Source: Paenibacillus eucommiae
GTDB lineage: Bacteria; Bacillota; Bacilli; Paenibacillales; NBRC-103111
Reading direction: 5' to 3'
DNA length: 53,820 bases
NCBI RefSeq assembly: GCF_017874215.1
Contig: NZ_JAGGLB010000052.1
Coordinates: 1-53,820, forward strand
Position numbers and translations under genes: made by a program. Shown piece after piece: positions 47,648 through 53,820 of this stretch. The first letter of the stretch is position 1. Each line of letters begins with the position of its first letter. The notes under the pieces are model-generated. The model saw only the letters and a program-made list of their open reading frames with translations, ran no database searches and was not told where the DNA came from.

Positions 47648-49882
47648 TTAAAATCCCTCACTCTGGTTTTTATTAGCTTTATAATAATTCCGGTACTCGA
47701 CTGGGGTCATTTGCAGCTTTTGCTTGAACTTGCGGATAAAATTAGAAACATCCTTATAACCGATCAGCTCGACAATTTCTTGCACAGGAAGCTCTGTTGT
47801 TTTCAACAGCTCTTTGGCCTTTGTAATGCGCAGCTCCTTGACATGATCCATAATCGTATTTCCCGTATCTTCTTTAAAAATCCGGCTAATATAGGAAACC
47901 GAAAACCCCAGATCCGCCGCCATACTCTGAATGTTTAAGTTGTAATCATCAAAATGCTCTTGAATATACGCTTTAATCCGATCCGTGCCCGAAATGCGGT
48001 CCAGATGAATGCCCCCAGATTGGATGATTTCACACGCCATACGGCAAACATCCACAGTTTCCTCCAGCAAACGGTCAATCGAGTTGAAATTCGCATACGA
48101 AATCACATCAGGAAACATATGAGAGTTCGAATAATTAATATGACTGTATCGCTGGCGCAAAAATAATAAAATGGCATTAATCACTTCAATACAATTAGAT
48201 TTGGCTTGAAACAAAGAATCACTCTTGCCCTTGATTTCATCAACTAAAATTCCGACCGTCTTCATCGCCTGATCAACAGACCCGCGATCCAAATGGACCA
48301 GCAGATGCTCTGTCGATTCCGTGACATCGTAGCTTTTCCGTGAAAATCTGGGGTCCAGCTCCGAGAAACAAATGACCTTGCCGCTTCCAAAGATAAATTT
48401 ATGATGCAGCGCTGTGGATGCCTCAATATAGGAATTGGTAAGCTGACTCAGCTCACTGTAAGCCGTCCCGACACCAATTGTAACAACCTGATTCAGCTCT
48501 TCAGTCAAAGCCTGCTGGACACTAACCAGTTCATCCTTCGGCAAGCTGTTCGTGTTCTGGCCTATAATCAACGTTAATTCAGCTTCGGTCTGCAGCTCAA
48601 ATACCTGGTACCCCTTAAGCTCTAGCTCCCTGTATAGGATGTGATCATTCATACCCGTTTGGAGCATGCCTTCCGCTTGGATCACCGCAACAAAATAGCT
48701 CTTCTGGCTCATCGCCAGGCCAACAAAACTGCCCGCTTTATTGAACTCTTCTTTATTCGTAATCCTCCCCTGCAGCAGACACAATAACAGATGCTGGCGA
48801 ACATAGGGAGCATTCAGGACGTTTTGCTGCTTCCATTTCTCCGCGGTAGAGAGGGCATTCTCAATTTTTTTGAACCCATTCTCGTCTCGTATTTCTCCCC
48901 ATATCTCCTCCACACTGGCGATAATGCGACGAACCGGACTGTAGTTAAACCGCATGCTGATATAAATACCGAAGCTGCCAAGCAATATAATAAACATAAA
49001 AGACAACAGTGCAATATATTTGATTTCATTTACACTTTTGAACAGCTCTTTTTCCGGTGTGGCCACCGCATATATGAAGCCTGTTAACTTGGATTGCACA
49101 TAGGAAATGTTCACTGATTGCCCTAAATGATTTTTATGAATAACTTGTTTTTTATGATCTGTAGATAAGAGCTTGGCAATAATGGATTCCTCTAAAGGCT
49201 CACCCTCGTAGGAACCCGTTATGATCTCTCCCTCCTTGTCAATAATAAAAGCTTCGTTCCCCTTATATAGCAAGACCGGCTCGAGGAGATCTCTGAACAC
49301 TTGCTCTCTAATTAAATAGATGGCTGTGCCATTTGGTTTATACGCTGAAACTGGAATAGGCCTTAAATACGTAATGAAACTCTCTCCATTGATTAATTCT
49401 GCTTTACGCAGTACTGGCTTGATCGATGTGTTTAAAGTATCTCTAATGTCATCAACAGGCCAATCCTGATACTTATATACATCATTGAACACCTCTAAAG
49501 AATAGGTGCTGACAGAAGAGTACAAATATTCCCTTTCACGGTCATATAGGAATACCTCATGCAAAAATGTGTTGCTCAGCCGATAATTCATCGCATGGCG
49601 CATCGAGTAAAAGTAGAAATAATTGCGATATTGGCTCAGTGAGACCAGGGGATTCGTTGACAGATCCGTTGCAATGTTAGCCATTTCCAGAAACTTCGTA
49701 TCAATCACTTCACCGACTTGTTTCAGCATCTGCTCATTGGCAGCAAGCGATTGCTCCCTTACGGTATCGAGAATACTTTTGTAAATAACCACGCCCGTAA
49801 TAAACGTAGGAATAAACAATACGATGGCGTATGAGATTAAGTATTGCATGTAAATGGGTAGCCGCATTTTGTTTCTAATCAT
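47648..49882 (-). CDS. YesS-like membrane-anchored AraC family transcriptional regulator (N-terminal TM plus periplasmic sensor, C-terminal AraC HTH)
   Basis: 744 aa. TM helix near the N-terminus (YLISYAIVLFIPTFITGVVIY), a second TM around aa ~290, and a C-terminal AraC HTH (DYNLNIQSMAADLGFSVSYISRIFKEDTGNTIMDHVKELRITKAKELL). Similar in size and architecture to B. subtilis YesS. Confidence 0.8.
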   Translation of the reverse strand: MIRNKMRLPIYMQYLISYAIVLFIPTFITGVVIYKSILDTVREQSLAANEQMLKQVGEVIDTKFLEMANIATDLSTNPLVSLSQYRNYFYFYSMRHAMNYRLSNTFLHEVFLYDREREYLYSSVSTYSLEVFNDVYKYQDWPVDDIRDTLNTSIKPVLRKAELINGESFITYLRPIPVSAYKPNGTAIYLIREQVFRDLLEPVLLYKGNEAFIIDKEGEIITGSYEGEPLEESIIAKLLSTDHKKQVIHKNHLGQSVNISYVQSKLTGFIYAVATPEKELFKSVNEIKYIALLSFMFIILLGSFGIYISMRFNYSPVRRIIASVEEIWGEIRDENGFKKIENALSTAEKWKQQNVLNAPYVRQHLLLCLLQGRITNKEEFNKAGSFVGLAMSQKSYFVAVIQAEGMLQTGMNDHILYRELELKGYQVFELQTEAELTLIIGQNTNSLPKDELVSVQQALTEELNQVVTIGVGTAYSELSQLTNSYIEASTALHHKFIFGSGKVICFSELDPRFSRKSYDVTESTEHLLVHLDRGSVDQAMKTVGILVDEIKGKSDSLFQAKSNCIEVINAILLFLRQRYSHINYSNSHMFPDVISYANFNSIDRLLEETVDVCRMACEIIQSGGIHLDRISGTDRIKAYIQEHFDDYNLNIQSMAADLGFSVSYISRIFKEDTGNTIMDHVKELRITKAKELLKTTELPVQEIVELIGYKDVSNFIRKFKQKLQMTPVEYRNYYKANKNQSEGF

Positions 49883-49915
49883 GACATCCCCCGAATCTTG
49901 AACTGAAAGTAATCT

Positions 49916-51532
49916 CTATTTTTTCAATTGATAATTGCTATGGATTTCCAAAAATTGATCTACACCCAGCTTCTTCAACTGATCCACATGCTTCTGCCAT
50001 TTCTCATCTGTTATCCCGTTAATGACAAACTCAGCAAAATTCGTTTTGACGTAAGTATTCAAATCCTCATAGTCTTCGAGCTTTTTGTAATCTTCCTCTT
50101 TATACACTAACAAGCTGTTAAGCGGTTCGTATTTGAGCAGAGGCTCTTTCAGCTTGAAAGCATCCATCTCTTGCTGATCACGTGGTGTGATAAAAATGCC
50201 GTTGGTATAATTCTCAGAAGGAATGACACTTGGTGAGTTGAAGCCGGGCGTCAGACTCAAATTAAATTCGACATTGTCCATCCCATCTGGAGCAGGCATA
50301 TCTTCATATTTGCCATCGGCCAATTTCTTCAGCCCTAATCCAACGGGACCTTCCTGAATCTCCAGGCTCATCTCAAAAGCATAATGGGAGTCTACCCATT
50401 TCATCGTAATCTCTGGATTTTTATTGGCCGAGGTGATCATAAATGCCCCAACCCAAATACCCGCATTTTCTTTCTTCCAGCCAGATTCACCCTTAGGTCC
50501 TTTTAATCCCAGCAGCGGGACGTATTCATCGCCATTTGTTAAATAACTGTTAATCGGATATGAAGCCACACCAATCACTGGAACTTCGTTCTGCAGCCTT
50601 GAGAAGTATACTTGAGCCGTTTGTGTGAACATTTCCTTATCCAATAAGCCTTCACTGTACAAGCCATTCATATAGGTTACATAATCCTTGTATTCCTCTT
50701 GCTGAGGAGCATACATCAATTTATTATCTTTTATATACACATGAGCACCTTGATCCATTATTCCAAAAGCATTTGCTAAGGAATTACCACCTAGCCAGTG
50801 AGAAGCATACATAAAGCTCATTGGTATCTCATCCTGCTTGCCATTCCCATTTAAGTCCTTGCCCTTAAACGCTTTCAAAGCTTCATAAAGCTCTTCTGTG
50901 GTCGTAGGTACGGGAAGGCCAACCTGATCCAGCCACTTTTTGTTAATCCACATCGTATCTGGAGCCTGATAGAAAGGAGCATCTACAACCTTAGGCAGCG
51001 AATAAATATTTCCATCAAAATGCGTCACCGCCGCTTTGTATTCTGGATGCTCCTCGAATATTTTTTTCAGGTTCGGTGCGTATTGATCAATAAGATCGTT
51101 CAGAGGGATAAGAATGCCTTGCTGCGCCAAAGAGCTTAAGTTCGTGCCTCCCAGCATGGAGCCGTAAACTGCATCGGGATAAGTTCCGCTGGCGAATACT
51201 AAATTCAGCTTTTCCATCAGCGTAGATTCATCTACAAGCGTCCAATCCACATGAACATTGGAGTCTTTCTCCAATTTCTTGAACAGTTCATACTCATTGT
51301 AATCTCTTATTTTACTTCCAGTTGCTTTAAATGCTAGAATGTCCAACGTTGCTTGTTCCGCCAGTGGGAATGCATATTTGTCACCCGTCTTGCCTTCCTG
51401 CCCATTACCTGCTGTGGCAGAAGGCGAGGCTGAGGAATCCCCATCTTGCTTTGCTTTCTCCTTAGACGAACATGCCGCTAATAAGGAAAGTGCCAATACT
51501 AAAACTAACGTCAAGCTGAACCACTTCTTCAT
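49916..51532 (-). CDS. Extracellular solute-binding lipoprotein of a carbohydrate ABC transporter (LplA/YtcQ-like, SBP family 1)
   Basis: Lipoprotein signal LVLALSLLAACSS and a large (~540 aa) SBP typical of LplA. Start is ATG 51538 or 51532. Confidence 0.85.
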   Translation of the reverse strand: MKKWFSLTLVLVLALSLLAACSSKEKAKQDGDSSASPSATAGNGQEGKTGDKYAFPLAEQATLDILAFKATGSKIRDYNEYELFKKLEKDSNVHVDWTLVDESTLMEKLNLVFASGTYPDAVYGSMLGGTNLSSLAQQGILIPLNDLIDQYAPNLKKIFEEHPEYKAAVTHFDGNIYSLPKVVDAPFYQAPDTMWINKKWLDQVGLPVPTTTEELYEALKAFKGKDLNGNGKQDEIPMSFMYASHWLGGNSLANAFGIMDQGAHVYIKDNKLMYAPQQEEYKDYVTYMNGLYSEGLLDKEMFTQTAQVYFSRLQNEVPVIGVASYPINSYLTNGDEYVPLLGLKGPKGESGWKKENAGIWVGAFMITSANKNPEITMKWVDSHYAFEMSLEIQEGPVGLGLKKLADGKYEDMPAPDGMDNVEFNLSLTPGFNSPSVIPSENYTNGIFITPRDQQEMDAFKLKEPLLKYEPLNSLLVYKEEDYKKLEDYEDLNTYVKTNFAEFVINGITDEKWQKHVDQLKKLGVDQFLEIHSNYQLKK

Positions 51533-51584
51533 GTTCATTTCCCCTTTTTCGTTTTTATTATATCATGTTGGACCTGCAAAAGAA

Positions 51585-52466
51585 TTACCCTTTCACGGAA
51601 CCAATCATCATACCTTTCACAAAGTATTTCTGCAGAAAAGGGTAGAGCACCAGCATAGGCAAGCTCGCCACAATGATAAGCCCATATTTGATTAATTCTG
51701 CATACTGGACCATATCTTGAGCCGAAGTAACGTTTCTCAGCAGCTCACTCGCTTGATTTTTAACCAGAATTCTGCGCAGTATAATTTGCAGTGGCTGCAA
51801 ATCTTCGTTCGTTATATAGATCAGCGCCTTAAAATAAGAATTCCATTGCCCAACAGCATTAAACAGCGCTATTACGGCAATTATCGGTAAAGATAGAGGC
51901 AGTACGATTCTAAAAAAGAATCTCGTATTGTTGCACCCGTCCATCATCGAAGCTTCCAATAATTCATCCGGGATCGACTGCTGAAAGAACGTTCGTGTAA
52001 TAATGAGCAGAAAAGCGGAAACCGCTCCGGGAATAACCATCGCCCATATCGTATCGAGCATCCCCAGGTTTTTAATCAGAATATAGCTGGGAATCAGTCC
52101 GCCCTGGAAGAACATCGTAAATAAAATAAATAGCATAATAGGGGTACGGCCTACCAAATCTTTGCGGGATAACGCATACCCTCCGCTTATAGTTAAAGCA
52201 GTGCTGAATGCTGCACCTAGGATGGCATAAACCAGTGAGTTCTTATAACCCATCCAAATCGAGCGCTCCATAAAAATCGTTTCATAGCCTTTCCAATTGA
52301 AGTCGACCGGCCACAGCCAAACCTTTCCAGCGTTTATAGCAACGGGGTCACTTACAGAAGCAATAAGAATAAAGTACATAGGGTACATAATGAGCAAAAG
52401 CACAAGGATGAAAAGTGTTACATTAAAAAAATCAAATAAACGGTCCGATACTGTTTTTCTATTCAT
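51585..52466 (-). CDS. Carbohydrate ABC transporter permease (LplC/YtcP-like)
   Basis: 293 aa, 6 TM, with the EAA-like loop region of MalG-type permeases. RBS GGGGGTG. Confidence 0.85.
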   Translation of the reverse strand: MNRKTVSDRLFDFFNVTLFILVLLLIMYPMYFILIASVSDPVAINAGKVWLWPVDFNWKGYETIFMERSIWMGYKNSLVYAILGAAFSTALTISGGYALSRKDLVGRTPIMLFILFTMFFQGGLIPSYILIKNLGMLDTIWAMVIPGAVSAFLLIITRTFFQQSIPDELLEASMMDGCNNTRFFFRIVLPLSLPIIAVIALFNAVGQWNSYFKALIYITNEDLQPLQIILRRILVKNQASELLRNVTSAQDMVQYAELIKYGLIIVASLPMLVLYPFLQKYFVKGMMIGSVKG

Positions 52467-52476
52467 GTGGCACCCC

Positions 52477-53454
52477 CTACCATAAAGAAGTCTGATTCAT
52501 TCTACGTGAGATCGTGTTCACTATAAGGAGCAAAACAAAATTGACAACGGAATTGAAAAAACCGATAGCAGAGGCGTAGCTGAATTGCCCTCCAACAAGA
52601 CCTTTCTGGTATACATAGGTTTGTATAATTTCAGAAGATGCAATATTGAGAGGATTTTGCAGTAAGTAGGCCTTTTCGAAGCCCAGATTCATCAGATTTC
52701 CAACACCTAATATAAACAAAATCGTTACTGTGGGCATAATGCCAGGCAAATCAACATGCCAGATCCGCCGAACCTTGTTGGCTCCATCAACTACAGCAGC
52801 TTCATGCAGCTCAGGACTTATAGATGTCAAAGCAGCCAAATAAATAATCATGCCCCAGCCCATATTTTGCCAAACGCCAGACCACACAAAGATCGATTTA
52901 AACCATGCCGGTTCACCAAAAAAGAAAATAGATGTTCCGCCAAGCTTTTCTATGAAATGATTGATGATGCCATCGCGTGGCGATAAGAATAAATACAGCA
53001 TCCCGGCCAAAACTACCGTAGATATAAAATGAGGCGCATAAGTAACCGTTTGCACAAAGCGTTTAAATTTACTGCTGGTAAGCTGGTTCAATAACAAAGC
53101 CAAAATAACGGCGATCGGGAAAGTGGCCAGTTCGTATAAGCTGAGCAGAACCGTATTGCGCAAAATGTCCCAAAACAAATAGAAATCGAAAAAACGTTCA
53201 AAGTGCTTCAGACCGACCCATTCGCTGCCAAAAAATCCTTTGGAAATCACATAATCCTTGAAAGCCATTTGCAATCCGTACATCGGGATATATTCCATGA
53301 CAATAAAATAAGCAATCGTTGGCAAAAGCAACAAATAAAGCTCCCAATTTTTTGTTATTTTATTCCATTTCCCGCTTTTTTTGCGGAGAGGGCTGGTCAT
53401 CTTATGTCCGCTCTCCAGATCAGCTTTAGGGAGTCTATCCATTAGAGCATTCAT
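52477..53454 (-). CDS. Carbohydrate ABC transporter permease (LplB/YteP-like)
   Basis: N-terminal extension then 6 TM. ATG at 53454 (MNALMDRL) with RBS GGAGGAG is preferred over the track start at 53568. Confidence 0.8.
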   Translation of the reverse strand: MNALMDRLPKADLESGHKMTSPLRKKSGKWNKITKNWELYLLLLPTIAYFIVMEYIPMYGLQMAFKDYVISKGFFGSEWVGLKHFERFFDFYLFWDILRNTVLLSLYELATFPIAVILALLLNQLTSSKFKRFVQTVTYAPHFISTVVLAGMLYLFLSPRDGIINHFIEKLGGTSIFFFGEPAWFKSIFVWSGVWQNMGWGMIIYLAALTSISPELHEAAVVDGANKVRRIWHVDLPGIMPTVTILFILGVGNLMNLGFEKAYLLQNPLNIASSEIIQTYVYQKGLVGGQFSYASAIGFFNSVVNFVLLLIVNTISRRMNQTSLW

Positions 53455-53820
53455 TCTGTCTCCTCCACTAATATAGATTGTTGATTGTTCTTCTCCCCTC
53501 CTGTTGTTGATGAGCTGGATGATTAACGGAGCGTCGTTGACACCCCACCCGCTAAGCATCCTGCCCAAATGTAAGCGCTACAACTTTCTTGTTCCCAAGT
53601 GTATTAGGATTCGATAACGGGTTCAATATGTGGTTTGTCGTGGAGTATGCAGAAATTCAACTAAATCTTGTCCAGTTCATTTTTTACGCACTAATGTAAG
53701 CGCTACATATTTGAGAAGGATGCCTTGCGGGACTGTTGACAAATTACCTTTTTGACGAAATTGACGTTTGAGAACCCGCATAAACACTGGGAATCTAAAA
53801 GTCTTTTTTCGTAAAATTGG

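Overview
This 53.8-kb window looks like a chromosomal segment of an endospore-forming Bacillales genome, most likely Paenibacillus-like. The evidence is the presence of yhbH and spoVR, odhAB, topB, and many AraC/YesS-type sugar regulators with LplABC-type transporters. It reads as mostly core genes interleaved with accessory cassettes.

Gene order, start to end:
- TetR regulator, then a small Cys-rich protein.
- A three-gene ABC-2 transporter (ATPase plus two permeases).
- Topoisomerase III (-).
- A MarR gene followed by a large MMPL/YhgE-Pip transporter.
- 2-oxoglutarate dehydrogenase E1 and E2 (odhA, odhB).
- A CapA-family protein.
- YhbH.
- A stress-protein block: VOC, DinB, YtxH, DJ-1/PfpI and an SPFH protein.
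- GH36 alpha-galactosidase with an AraC regulator.
- An aldose-epimerase-like protein next to the RtcB RNA ligase, divergent from two translationally coupled WYL-domain proteins.
- A MqnB-like/MqnD-like pair.
- An MFS efflux pump divergent from a MarR gene.
- A yceI / blaR1-like / blaI-like operon.
- SpoVR.
- A roughly 13-kb minus-strand catabolic island: M24 peptidase, FucI/AraA-like isomerase, two amidohydrolase-2 proteins, a PTE-like lactonase, an orphan TIM-barrel GH-like protein, a YesS-like regulator and an LplABC-type transporter.

The most unusual things I see are:
- (a) the RtcB / WYL-WYL arrangement, bracketed by two copies of a conserved ~63-nt element;
- (b) a modular family of perfect 23-bp palindromes (TTAACGATGTTTTTCATCGTTAA) with associated sequence modules, present at six intergenic loci in the window;
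- (c) two separate arrays of 10-bp tandem repeats;
- (d) a BlaI-like repressor carrying a repeat-encoded KLxxKL N-terminal extension.

All calls rest on reading the sequence and the supplied ORF translations. No database searches were run.
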